The position numbers and the translations under genes were made by a program. From an uncultured Clostridia bacterium (GTDB taxonomy: Bacteria; Bacillota; Clostridia; TANB77; CAG-508), in contig CANQYS010000003.1 in NCBI GenBank assembly GCA_947628115.1, positions 168-64,167 on the forward strand: 64,000 nucleotides of DNA, given 5' to 3'. Each line of letters starts with the position of its first letter. Within the stretch, counting starts at the first letter, position 1. The notes under the pieces were generated by a model that saw nothing but the letters and a program-made list of their open reading frames with translations, was not told the origin of the DNA and ran no database searches. Positions 10,731 through 20,799 of this stretch are shown piece after piece.

Positions 10731-12613
10731 AAATTAATTAAATTATAATTTATATTTAATTTATTTAATATTTCTTCCTCTCTATCAGAACATGTAAATA
10801 TTAAAACTTGATTATTTTTATAATTCTCGTAAATAAACTTTAAAATATTTTCTAATCTTTCATTATCATAATATGCAAATGTTTCATCTAATATAATTGG
10901 CATTTTTTCTTCTGTTATTTCATTCATCGTAGATAATCTAAGAGATAAATATAATTGATCAATTGTACCAATACTTAATTTATTACAATCTACGTATTCA
11001 CCGCTTTCTATTTCTACTTTAAGTCCATACTCACTATTAAAACTTACATTATTATATTTGCCATTAGATATTTTTTGCATTAATAAAGATAAATCTTTTG
11101 TAAATTTAGGTGTAATCTCATTTTTCATTTCATTATATGCTTCTTCTAAAGTTTCTTTTGCAATATTTATACTTTTTTCTAAATCTAGTAAATCTTTCAT
11201 TTGCTCTTTATAATATTCTAATTGTTCTTCACATTCAGATTTATTTTCTAATTTATTATCTATATCTTTTTCTTTAATAATTAATGTATTTAATTCTATT
11301 TTCTTATTATTATATTCTTTATTTAATATTTCTATTTGTTCATTTATAAATTCCAAATTATTATTAAATAATTTTATTATTTCTTCGTTATTAAAATATT
11401 TATTAAATTTATTTTTTATTAAAATTAATTCATCATTATTTTTTTTATTTATTTTTTCTTTTATATTTAATATTTCTTTTTCTTTATTATTTTTATTTTC
11501 TTCTAATATTTCTATTTCTTTTTCTATTTTTATTTCTTCTATTTTTTTATTTTTTTTAATTTTATTTAATTTATTTTTTCTAAAAATATAACTTAATATA
11601 TTTAATATTAAATAAACAATAGTACCATAAATAATTATTTTTTCTATAATTTTTGGTAAGTTAATAAAATTAATTAAAATATTTAATATTATTAATATTG
11701 AAATAAAAAATAAATTAATTATATTTTTTTTATTATTTTTTTCTTTTATTTTTTTATTATCATTTATTTTATTTTTTAAATAATTTATTTTTTCGCTATA
11801 TTCTTTTTTTATATTTTCATTAATATTAATTTTTTCATTTTCTTTTTCATTTTTTTCTTTAATATTTTTTATTTCATCAACTAAATTAATTTCTTTTTCT
11901 ATTATTTTTATTTGCTGTTCTACTTCTATTTTATTTTGTTTTATTTCTTTATTAATATCTAAAAAATAATCTATCTCTTTTTTATTTTTTTCTAATTCTT
12001 TTATTTTATCTGTAATATCATTTAATGGTCTTCCAACTGTTCTATCTGTTCCAACATCTTCAAGTAATTTTTTTGATAAATTTCCAACTACTTTTTTATA
12101 TGATGTATTATCTTCTCCCGAAGATAATATATTAGCTATTTTTTGTGTTAATAAGTTTTGATTGTTATTGTCTAAAATTACTCCTTGCTGTTCTATTAAA
12201 TTTGTATTTAAAAATAAAATTTCATCAATTTTCGTTTGATCATAAAAAAATTGATTTCCTTTATTTTTATCTATATTAAATTGCTTAGATATTTCTTCCA
12301 TATTATTATTATATATTTTTGGATTTTTTTTAGAAAATTCTCTAAAAATTTCAAATTCTTCTCCGTTATCTAATATATAATTTATTTTTCCAGAAAATTC
12401 TTCAGAATTCCATGGTTTATATTTTTCATAATCTGATATTTCTTTTCCATTTTTATTTTTTGAAATTCCATATAACATACAATATATAAATTTTAAAATT
12501 GTACTTTTACCTGATTCATTTTTTCCATATATTAAATTTATATTTTTTTCTAAATTAATTTCTTTATTTTTTATTTTTCCAAATCCATTTATTTTTAAAT
12601 AATTTATTTTCAA
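10727..12613 (-). CDS. YhaN/SbcC-like AAA ATPase (SMC-type head domains, coiled coil, two central TM helices).
   Basis: N-terminal Walker A GKNESGKST. C-terminal ABC signature LSIGTIDQLYLSLRL, Walker B IILDETFAYYD, and H-loop. Hydrophobic hairpin in the mid coiled-coil. Downstream of a Mre11/SbcD-like nuclease gene. Confidence 0.6.
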   Translation of the reverse strand: MKINYLKINGFGKIKNKEINLEKNINLIYGKNESGKSTILKFIYCMLYGISKNKNGKEISDYEKYKPWNSEEFSGKINYILDNGEEFEIFREFSKKNPKIYNNNMEEISKQFNIDKNKGNQFFYDQTKIDEILFLNTNLIEQQGVILDNNNQNLLTQKIANILSSGEDNTSYKKVVGNLSKKLLEDVGTDRTVGRPLNDITDKIKELEKNKKEIDYFLDINKEIKQNKIEVEQQIKIIEKEINLVDEIKNIKEKNEKENEKININENIKKEYSEKINYLKNKINDNKKIKEKNNKKNIINLFFISILIILNILINFINLPKIIEKIIIYGTIVYLILNILSYIFRKNKLNKIKKNKKIEEIKIEKEIEILEENKNNKEKEILNIKEKINKKNNDELILIKNKFNKYFNNEEIIKLFNNNLEFINEQIEILNKEYNNKKIELNTLIIKEKDIDNKLENKSECEEQLEYYKEQMKDLLDLEKSINIAKETLEEAYNEMKNEITPKFTKDLSLLMQKISNGKYNNVSFNSEYGLKVEIESGEYVDCNKLSIGTIDQLYLSLRLSTMNEITEEKMPIILDETFAYYDNERLENILKFIYENYKNNQVLIFTCSDREEEILNKLNINYNLINL

Positions 12614-13232
12614 AAAATCACCTCATATTTTTTATTGATTATTAATTAAGTTTAAATAATATTTTTTGGTCAAAATCATATTAAAAATTTGATAGCTAAA
12701 TTTTATTTTTTATATTTCATTATTTTACAAGTTTTTTGTTTTAATGTCAAAATCTGCTTTTCCATTTTCTTCAAATGCATTTTTATGTCTTTGAATTATA
12801 GTTTTCAAATTGACAATTTTTTCTTAGTATAATTTTCGATTTTTATTTCAAGTTGATTTTGAATAGTAATCCTTTTTTTCCCAATTATCGATTTTACATA
12901 ATTTATGCAGATCTACTTATTTACATAATTTTAGTGCTTGCGTCTGTCTTTATACTTTTGTTAACAATTTGTTTCTGTTTCTAAACTTTTGTTCGTATAT
13001 CTGTTCATTAATTTTAAATTTTAAATTCACAACTCTATTTAGTCAAGATTGAATTTTGAATTAAGTTTACATATTTTTTTGTTCCTATTGTTTGTATTTT
13101 ACGCCAATTTTGTCTTCTTCTATTTTCTCTCTATTTGATTGTTGTTTTCCCTTATTTCCCATATTTTTCAAAAGTTATCCACAGATAGTTTTTAGTCCTC
13201 TTTTTTGGCTATTTTTTACATTTTAGCAGTTT

Positions 13233-14711
13233 TTATTCAAAAGATTTTAAACCTATTTCTATTGCTTTTTTTATGTACTCTTCCTCTTCTGGTTTATCTT
13301 TTAATCTTTTTAACATCTTGTTTATAAATATGCCTTTTAAATTTTTTTGTTTAGACAAAATGTCAAAATTGTACTCTATTTTTGTTTTATCCTTTACTTT
13401 TAAAATATTTTCTTTAGCAATTAGTTTACATATTTTATTTTTGTTTATTTCTATTTTTTTGGTTCCTTCAAGTATAATTTTATAGAATTTATCTTCTTCT
13501 ACATCAACTTTATTTATCTCTTCTATTAAATTTTCTTCTGAATTAATATGAGAAATGTTTATACTTTTTTCTGCAAAAGTCCTATTATCTATTTTTATAA
13601 ATTTTATATTTTTTTGTTTTAAGTCATTTCCTTTACTATTATTTATTTTGTCATTTTGATAAGCAATTTTATTTAAATTGTTTCTTTCTTTTTTTATTAA
13701 ATTGTTTCTTATTATTAAATTATTTATTTTATTTTTTTCTAAATTATTTTCAATTTTTAATTTATTTATTTTATTTTCTTCTATATTATTTTTTATTTTT
13801 AATTTATTTATTTTATTTTTTTCTGAATTATTTTTTATTTTTAATTTATTTATTTTATTTTTTTCTGAATTATTTTTTATTTTTAATTTATTTATTTTAT
13901 TTTTTTCTAAATTGTTTTTTATTTTTAATTTATTTATTTTATTTTTTTCTGAATTATTTTTTATTTTTAATTTTATTTTTTTATTTTTTCCTGAATTACT
14001 TTCTTTTTTTAATTTATTTATTTCTATATCTAAAAAACCATGTTCTCCAAGTTCATCAAATCCAAAAGAAATTAATGAGCCTGGATATATAAAATTATTT
14101 TCATTATTATTGTAATTTGATTTGTGAATATGTCCTAATGCAACATAATCAAATCCTACCTTTTTTAATTTCACAGAATTTATTGGATTATATTGCATAT
14201 CCAAAGTCTTACTAGCATCTAATGACCCATGAATTATTAATATATTTATTTTATTTTTATTTTTTATTTCAATTTCATCTATTTTAGAATCAATACAATA
14301 AAAATCAGAAAATCCATATCCATAAATATCTACATCTTCCAATTCTATTCTTTTTATTTCTCCTTTAAATATGGTTACATTTTCGTTCCATTCATATGTA
14401 TTATAAAAAGAATTATTTAAAAATGGGTCATGATTTCCTGGTGAAATAAAAATTTTTGTTTCTGGAATTGTTTTAAATAAATTATTTATATATTCTATAG
14501 TACTTTCTCTAATATATTCTTGCTCATATAAATCCCCTGATATAAATAAAAAGGGGATTCGTTCTTTTTTTATATATTCAATTGCTTTCTTAAAAGCCTC
14601 TCTTTGTTCTAATCTTCTAATACTAGCTAATTCTTTTTTTGAAGCTAGCACTGTAAATGGGCTATCAAAATGAATATCAGCCATGTGTACAAACCTCATA
14701 TTTACCTCCAA
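13233..14711 (-). CDS. sbcD: SbcD/YhaO-like DNA repair exonuclease (calcineurin-like phosphoesterase) carrying an internal 42-bp tandem-repeat insertion.
   Basis: MRFVHMADIHFDSPF, GDLYE, GNHD, and GHIH motifs. The C-terminal half contains about 7 tandem 14-aa units, KNKINKLKIKNNSE. Confidence 0.7.
   Translation of the reverse strand: MEVNMRFVHMADIHFDSPFTVLASKKELASIRRLEQREAFKKAIEYIKKERIPFLFISGDLYEQEYIRESTIEYINNLFKTIPETKIFISPGNHDPFLNNSFYNTYEWNENVTIFKGEIKRIELEDVDIYGYGFSDFYCIDSKIDEIEIKNKNKINILIIHGSLDASKTLDMQYNPINSVKLKKVGFDYVALGHIHKSNYNNNENNFIYPGSLISFGFDELGEHGFLDIEINKLKKESNSGKNKKIKLKIKNNSEKNKINKLKIKNNLEKNKINKLKIKNNSEKNKINKLKIKNNSEKNKINKLKIKNNIEENKINKLKIENNLEKNKINNLIIRNNLIKKERNNLNKIAYQNDKINNSKGNDLKQKNIKFIKIDNRTFAEKSINISHINSEENLIEEINKVDVEEDKFYKIILEGTKKIEINKNKICKLIAKENILKVKDKTKIEYNFDILSKQKNLKGIFINKMLKRLKDKPEEEEYIKKAIEIGLKSFE
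13690..13990. repeat. About 7 tandem copies of a 42-bp unit inside sbcD, encoding the KNKINKLKIKNN(S/L)E repeats.
   Basis: Direct read: gaattattttttatttttaatttatttattttatttttttct repeated head to tail. Confidence 0.8.
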
Positions 14712-14730
14712 TTTATTTACTGTTTGACTT

Positions 14731-15291
14731 TTATTTATTTTCTAATAAAAAATTCCTTGCAATTATTCCATTAATATGTATTGGTGCTCTTTTTTTTATT
14801 TGTAATTCTATTTTTTTATCTAAAATATATAAAACCGCTTCATCTATTCCTTTGTCTGCTAAGCTATTTAAATATTCTAAATCCTCAAAATTTCTATCTT
14901 TACTTGTTCTATCTGCAATAAATAATATTTTAGAGTATATATCCATATTTTTATTTCCTGTAGTATGGTTTGCTATTGCTTGTCCCATACTTTCGGAAAA
15001 GCCAAATTGTTTTATGGCTATATCTTTTCCTATTTTGGCATGTAATAACCCTGTATTTACTTTTTCTGTTTCGTCTATTTCTATATTATTTTCCTTTACA
15101 TATTTTAATTTTTCTTCTTCCGTCATTTCTTTTGCAACATCATGTGCAATTCCTATTTTTGATGCAATTTCTACGTCTGCCCCATATTTTTTAGCAAGTT
15201 CTATTGAACGTTCCATAACACATTTGCTATGGTAATATCTTTTTTCTGATAACTTATCTTTTATATATTCTTGTATTTCATTTAAGTTCAT
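14731..15291 (-). CDS. yqeK: HD-domain bis(5'-nucleosyl)-tetraphosphatase YqeK.
   Basis: HSKCVMERSIELAKKYGAD...IAHDVAKE...IADRTS fits the YqeK family. Confidence 0.7.
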   Translation of the reverse strand: MNLNEIQEYIKDKLSEKRYYHSKCVMERSIELAKKYGADVEIASKIGIAHDVAKEMTEEEKLKYVKENNIEIDETEKVNTGLLHAKIGKDIAIKQFGFSESMGQAIANHTTGNKNMDIYSKILFIADRTSKDRNFEDLEYLNSLADKGIDEAVLYILDKKIELQIKKRAPIHINGIIARNFLLENK

Positions 15292-15307
15292 TTTCTGTCC
15301 CTTTCTT

Positions 15308-16492
15308 TTATTTTTTTGCGCCTTTTACTCCATTTCCTAATGCTAATATGTTTTGATCATAAGAATATGTTCTATTTTGTCTTTCTCTATTTCTTTTGAA
15401 AGCAATTTCCACTAATTCATCTAGTTCTTTTTCAAATGGTTTGTTAGTAGCTTCCCATAAATAGTATGATAATGCCCCAGGAATTGTATTAATTTCATTA
15501 ACATATATATTATTATCTTCCATATCAATCATAAAATCAATTCTTGCAACTCCACTACATCCCAATATCTTAAATGTTTTAACTGCTATATCTTGGATTT
15601 TCTTATGCATTTCTTCTGGTATATCTGCTGGCACTTTTCTTTGTAAAGTTGCCATACCTTTTGAACCGCCTGTTTTAGACTTGCTTCCCCCAACATATTT
15701 ATCTTTATAACTTAATATTTCATCACTACCTATTGGCTGTTCGCATGTAGATGGAATAGCATCTATCATATCCCCTAAAACTGAGCAGTTTATTTCTTTT
15801 AAGTTAGTAATAGCTTTTTCTACCATTATCCTATCTGAAAATTCCATTGCAAACTCGATAGCTTCTGCTAATCCTTCTCTATTATTTGCCTTTTTTATAC
15901 CTACGCTCGAGCCTAAATTTCCGGCTTTTACTATAACAGGATATGTTAATTTATCTTCAATTTCTTTTATATATTTATCTTCACCTTTTATATAATCTAG
16001 AGAGTAAAATGCAACATACTCTAATGAAGGTATATTTTGTTCTTTTAGAATTCTTCTCATCATTATTTTATCCATACCTATGCTTGATGCTAAAACGTCT
16101 GGTCCAATATATGGTATTCCTAAAATTTCTAAAAAGCCTTGTATTGAACCGTCCTCTCCGTTTGTTCCATGCATTATTGGAAATGCAACGTCTATTGTAT
16201 TTATAATATTGCTAGAAAACATCTTATTATTAACTCTTAAAACATTTGCTTTGTTTCCATTATTTACACACACTATTTCTTCGCATTTTTTTATTAATTT
16301 ATCCATATCTTTATATTCTTTTAAATCAAATAAGTTTTCTCCTGTATACATTTTTCCATTTTTACTAATATATATAGGTATTATTTCATACTTATCTTTA
16401 TTTAAGCTAGTTATTGCCTGATTTGCAGTAATTATAGATATTTCATGCTCTACTGATTTCCCTCCAAAAAAAACTCCTATTTTAATTTTCAT
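15308..16492 (-). CDS. ddl: D-alanine--D-alanine ligase.
   Basis: The likely start is MKIKIGVFFGGKSVEHEISI. ATP-grasp motifs are present (EDGSIQG, GSSVGI). The track ORF extends 19 codons upstream. Confidence 0.9.
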   Translation of the reverse strand: MKIKIGVFFGGKSVEHEISIITANQAITSLNKDKYEIIPIYISKNGKMYTGENLFDLKEYKDMDKLIKKCEEIVCVNNGNKANVLRVNNKMFSSNIINTIDVAFPIMHGTNGEDGSIQGFLEILGIPYIGPDVLASSIGMDKIMMRRILKEQNIPSLEYVAFYSLDYIKGEDKYIKEIEDKLTYPVIVKAGNLGSSVGIKKANNREGLAEAIEFAMEFSDRIMVEKAITNLKEINCSVLGDMIDAIPSTCEQPIGSDEILSYKDKYVGGSKSKTGGSKGMATLQRKVPADIPEEMHKKIQDIAVKTFKILGCSGVARIDFMIDMEDNNIYVNEINTIPGALSYYLWEATNKPFEKELDELVEIAFKRNRERQNRTYSYDQNILALGNGVKGAKK

Positions 16493-16508
16493 AAATATAC
16501 ACCCTTTC

Positions 16509-18062
16509 CTATAAATAATTATCTGGTAAATCATTTTCAAATAAAACAACTGTATCTTTATCTAAAAATTCATTCATTTTATTTATTGCATCTATTAAAT
16601 TTTTAGCTATATATACATTTTCTTTATTATATTTTTCTTCTAATATTCCTTCTAAAATTGGCTTTGCTTGTTTCTCTCCAACTAAAATTATATAATCGCA
16701 AGCTTTAGCTGCTTGTTTACCTAAATTTTTATTGTACTCTTCTACTTTTTCTCCTAAATCTACAATTCCTGGTGTTATCAAAATTCTTTTTTTGTTTTTA
16801 AAACTTTTAAGTACATCTAATGCCATTTTAGCACCTTTTACATTTGAATTATATGCATCATCAATTATTATTGAACCATTTAGATTTCTTTTTAATTCTA
16901 ATCTATGAGTAATAGGCTTCAAAAATCTTATTCCTGCAGTTATTTCCTCTTTATTTAATCCTAATTCATCACATACTGCAACTGCACCAACTATATTTAT
17001 TATATTATGAATTCCTAATAATTTCGTTTTTACCATTATTTCTTTATTGTTTTTCATATGGATATTAAAATTAGATCCAAATTCATTAATATTTATATCT
17101 GTTGCATAATAATCACATTTACTATCTAAGCCAAATTTTATATTGTTTTCTTTAAACGTAATTTGTTTTATATTTTCATCTTCATAATTAACAAATGATT
17201 TTCCTTCTTGAGGTAAACTTTCTATTAATTCCATTTTTGTTTTTCTTACATTTTCTATTGTTTTAAATGTTTCTAAATGTTGTGGTCCGATAGCTGTTAA
17301 TATTCCATAATTAGGCTTTACTAAATCACATATTTCTTTTATATCTCCAATATTTTTTGCTCCCATTTCACATACAAAAATCTGATGAGTATTATCTAGT
17401 TTTTCATTTATTGTTCTTACAACTCCCATTGTTGTATTATAGCTTTCTGGTGTTATTAGAGTATTATATTTTTGTGATAATATTGTTCCTAAGATATACT
17501 TTGTACTTGTTTTTCCATAACTTCCTGTAATTCCAATTACTTTTAAATTTTGATTTGACTTTAGTTTATTTTTTGCCATATTATAGTATTTAAGTTGTAT
17601 ACTTTTTTCTACTGGCAAGTTTATGATATTTACAAATAAAATAAATATATATGAAAATATAACTAAAATATTTAATATAATTATTAAATAAATATTTCTA
17701 TATATATTTAATATACTTCCTATTATTATTAATATAAATATTTCTGTTACATACATTCTTTTTATTCTAGAAGTTATAACTAATGGTTTTTTTTCTATAT
17801 ATTTGTCTCTACCTAAAAATAATACAAAAATCCAAATAACATTAATTATTAGCCCAAGATTCATGTTAAAAATTAATATTATACTAGGTATTAATAAAAC
17901 TAATTCTTTTATTTTTATTGTTTTATTATTTTTTATCCATTTAATATATCTTTCATTTTTATATGATTCTAATTGTAACATATGATATGCATGCCTTGAT
18001 TTATAATATATATATATATATATACTAATAATCAATATATTTAGTAATATAAAATTAGTCAT
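16509..18062 (-). CDS. murF: MurF-like Mur ligase (UDP-MurNAc-tripeptide--D-Ala-D-Ala ligase). In place of the usual soluble N-terminal domain it has a roughly 150-aa multi-TM N-terminal extension.
   Basis: Central VIGITGSYGKTSTK P-loop and DDAYNSN C-domain. ddl is adjacent. Residues 1-150 are strongly hydrophobic (3-4 predicted TM helices). A (TA)9 run sits at about 18008-18030 inside this extension. Confidence 0.7.
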   Translation of the reverse strand: MTNFILLNILIISIYIYIYYKSRHAYHMLQLESYKNERYIKWIKNNKTIKIKELVLLIPSIILIFNMNLGLIINVIWIFVLFLGRDKYIEKKPLVITSRIKRMYVTEIFILIIIGSILNIYRNIYLIIILNILVIFSYIFILFVNIINLPVEKSIQLKYYNMAKNKLKSNQNLKVIGITGSYGKTSTKYILGTILSQKYNTLITPESYNTTMGVVRTINEKLDNTHQIFVCEMGAKNIGDIKEICDLVKPNYGILTAIGPQHLETFKTIENVRKTKMELIESLPQEGKSFVNYEDENIKQITFKENNIKFGLDSKCDYYATDININEFGSNFNIHMKNNKEIMVKTKLLGIHNIINIVGAVAVCDELGLNKEEITAGIRFLKPITHRLELKRNLNGSIIIDDAYNSNVKGAKMALDVLKSFKNKKRILITPGIVDLGEKVEEYNKNLGKQAAKACDYIILVGEKQAKPILEGILEEKYNKENVYIAKNLIDAINKMNEFLDKDTVVLFENDLPDNYL

Positions 18063-18070
18063 ATTTCCTC

Positions 18071-18832
18071 CTATTTATCATTTTTAATAAATTCATCTAA
18101 AATTAATAAACATTCATTTAATTTATCTAAATATGAAAAATGTCCTGCTCCCTCTAATACTGCAATTCCACTATTAGGGATTAATTTTTCCATTTTTTTT
18201 GCATCTTCTAAAGGTGTTGCAGTGTCTTTATCTCCCCAAATCATTAGTGTTGGAACATTTATATTCGGCATAATATTTTGCTCATCTTCATTTAATATAA
18301 TATTCATAGTTTTTCTTAAGACTTCTGGAGAAGATTTATAGTCTGAAGATCCAAATTTACTTAATGCTTTCTCCCTTAATGGCTCTAATTTTTTCGGAAA
18401 TATTTTTACTATATTTTTTATTAATTTAAAAGTATATACTTTAAAATAATATGATAATTTTCTTTTTGGTTTAATACCTGCACTATCAATTAGCACTATT
18501 TTATTAATTTTCCCTAAATTTCTTCCTGCATAATTTATGATCATTCTTCCTCCATTTGAATGTCCTATAAGAATTGGATTTTCTATTTTTAATGCATTAA
18601 TAAAATCTGATAAAAAATTTCCAAAATCATTTGTACTCATTGGTTTATCTGGCAAATCGCTTTTACCAAATCCTATTATATCAACATTATATACTTTAAA
18701 ACTCTTAGCTAAATATTTTTGTAATGGTTTCATCGTTTCTAAAGAAGCAAGCCAACCATGTAATAGTATTACTGGTTTTCCTTCTCCTTCTATTTCATAG
18801 TTTATTTTTTTATTGTTTATTATAACTTCCAA
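18071..18832 (-). CDS. Alpha/beta-fold hydrolase.
   Basis: HGW...GHSNGG nucleophile elbow. C-terminal Asp/His region. Confidence 0.6.
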   Translation of the reverse strand: MEVIINNKKINYEIEGEGKPVILLHGWLASLETMKPLQKYLAKSFKVYNVDIIGFGKSDLPDKPMSTNDFGNFLSDFINALKIENPILIGHSNGGRMIINYAGRNLGKINKIVLIDSAGIKPKRKLSYYFKVYTFKLIKNIVKIFPKKLEPLREKALSKFGSSDYKSSPEVLRKTMNIILNEDEQNIMPNINVPTLMIWGDKDTATPLEDAKKMEKLIPNSGIAVLEGAGHFSYLDKLNECLLILDEFIKNDK

Positions 18833-19094
18833 TTTATATCACCATTACTTTTAATATTTATTAATATTTATTTTTTACTTATCTATTTTATAACATTTTT
18901 TTATAAATGAAAATACTTTTTCCGTAAATAAATACAAGACATTAATAAAAATGTCTTGTTACATTCTTCATAAAACATATTAATATTATTTTGTTCATTG
19001 TAACATGTATTAACTTTTTTTGTCTTCCAATATTATAACCTGGTCAATTATAATTCATCAGTATACCAAAAGTCAACTTTATAAACTAAAGTAA

Positions 19095-19482
19095 TTTTAA
19101 ATCTTTTATTATTTTAGTAGTTGATATTCCTCTTGTTCTATCCAAATATATTAAATTACAAAAATCTTTTAAATATTCAAACTTATCACTTCCTGTCCAA
19201 TCACTTCCGCATTACTGTTATATCTACCTTATATTTTTTTATATCCTCTATTTTTTGTGTCCAACTATTTTCTGGAATAACTAAATCAACATATCTTATT
19301 GCCTCAAGCATTTCTTTTCTAGTTTTAAAATCATTATATGCCTTCTTTCCTTTAATTTTATTAAATTCATCCGTAGACAAAGCTACTATTAAATAATCTC
19401 CTAATTCTTTTGCTCTTTTTAATAGTCTAATATGTCCATAATGTAATAAATCAAAAGTTCCATATGTCAAAACATTTTTCAT
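19095..19482 (-). pseudogene. tagD: Glycerol-3-phosphate cytidylyltransferase TagD. It is truncated at codon ~92 by a +1 frameshift (extra C in atgCggaag). The restored frame continues GSDWTG...ISTTKII to about 129 aa.
   Basis: MKNVLTYGTFDLLHYGHIRLLKRAKELGDYLIVALSTDEFN is a strong TagD match. The ORF stops at VMRK*. Removing one C gives VMGSDWTGSDKFEYLKD, the conserved TagD C-terminus. Confidence 0.7.
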
Positions 19483-19615
19483 TATATTTTCTTCTCCTTT
19501 TTTAATTGTTTTATCTATCATTAATATCATCTATTTTTAGTACTTTATTCATACTCCCTTATTTTTTATTAAAATTCTAGTAATTTGTTTTACTGTTGAC
19601 AAAATATGTTTTTAA

Positions 19616-20740
19616 ATGTACAATCATTACGGAACATTAAATGAGGAGGATTTTATGTGGGGAGATATAGCAATTACTTTTTTGTTAGCTTTTATAACTT
19701 CTTACGTTTTTACGCCATATACAGTAAGACTAGCAAGAAAAGTTAAAGCATTAGATATACCAAAAGATCGTAGAAAAATTCATAAAAAAATAATGCCAAG
19801 ACTTGGCGGACTTGCAATAGTTATAGGATTTTTTATTTCTGCTATTTATTTAATCATTGTAATGATAATAGAAAAAAAATTAGATATATTTACAAATTAC
19901 TATTATATAAAATTAATAGGTTTTTTTATTGCTGTTATTGTATTAGAAATCTTCTGCTATTTTGATGATACAAAAGGTATTAAACCAATAGTAAAACTAA
20001 TTGGTCAATTAATAGCTGCTGTAATTGTAGTTTGTAGTGGATTAGTAATAGATAGAATAGTTATAACAGGATCTGAAAGAATTATATCAAATGAAATATT
20101 TTTAAAAATATTTACTATTATATGGATAATTGGAATAACAAATGCTATAAATTTAATTGATGGGTTAGATGGACTATCAACAGGTGTGTCTTTAATATCT
20201 TCAATTTGTTTAATGATAATATTTATATTTAATGGTTCTCCTATTATTTCAATAATACTTGCAGCAGCATTGTCAGGATCATTACTTGGGTTTTTACCAT
20301 TTAATTTTAACCCGGCAAGAACATTTATGGGTGATACAGGCTCAAATTTTATAGGCTTTACATTAGCGATAATATCAATAATGGGTGTAGCCAAAACATA
20401 TACTGCAATAATAATTGTAGCTCCATTATTGGTACTTGCTTTGCCAATATTTGATACTTCATTTGCAATAGTAAGAAGAGTATTTAAAGAAAAATCCCTT
20501 AAAGCTATTTTTAAAGCTGATAGGGGACATCTTCACCACAAATTAATAGATAGGGGATATACCCAAAAACAAGCAGTATTTATATTGTATGGAATAAGTG
20601 CTACATTTGGTCTTTTTGCAATTATTCTTTTAGAAAGCGGATTTTGGAAAGCTATATCGTTTGCATTACTTGTAATTGCTATTACTGCAATCGGTTATAA
20701 AGATATATTTAGAATTAAAAAAAATAAAAAGAATATATAA
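19616..20740 (+). CDS. tagO: Undecaprenyl-phosphate N-acetylhexosamine-1-phosphate transferase (TagO/WecA, MraY/GT4 family).
   Basis: Multi-TM protein with the NAINLIDGLDGL motif and DRGHLHH. Confidence 0.8.
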   Translation: MYNHYGTLNEEDFMWGDIAITFLLAFITSYVFTPYTVRLARKVKALDIPKDRRKIHKKIMPRLGGLAIVIGFFISAIYLIIVMIIEKKLDIFTNYYYIKLIGFFIAVIVLEIFCYFDDTKGIKPIVKLIGQLIAAVIVVCSGLVIDRIVITGSERIISNEIFLKIFTIIWIIGITNAINLIDGLDGLSTGVSLISSICLMIIFIFNGSPIISIILAAALSGSLLGFLPFNFNPARTFMGDTGSNFIGFTLAIISIMGVAKTYTAIIIVAPLLVLALPIFDTSFAIVRRVFKEKSLKAIFKADRGHLHHKLIDRGYTQKQAVFILYGISATFGLFAIILLESGFWKAISFALLVIAITAIGYKDIFRIKKNKKNI

Positions 20741-20799
20741 ACCTCATTTATTCTTATAATTAATAGATAGAGGTTTTTTAAAATAAAATATATAATTAT

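Noticed and set aside
13690-13990. Possible CRISPR array (regularly spaced direct repeats).
   Set aside because: The units are contiguous with no unique spacers and lie inside an intact reading frame encoding a peptide repeat. No cas genes are nearby.
13678-14115. Plus-strand 145-aa ORF made of Phe/Leu/Ile repeats.
   Set aside because: It is an antisense artefact of the 42-bp tandem repeat inside the minus-strand sbcD gene. It has no start context or conservation.
17800-18062. The AT-rich 5' end of the murF ORF treated as non-coding intergenic sequence.
   Set aside because: An uninterrupted 150-codon frame in 20% GC sequence is very unlikely by chance. It is retained as a real, though unusual, N-terminal extension.
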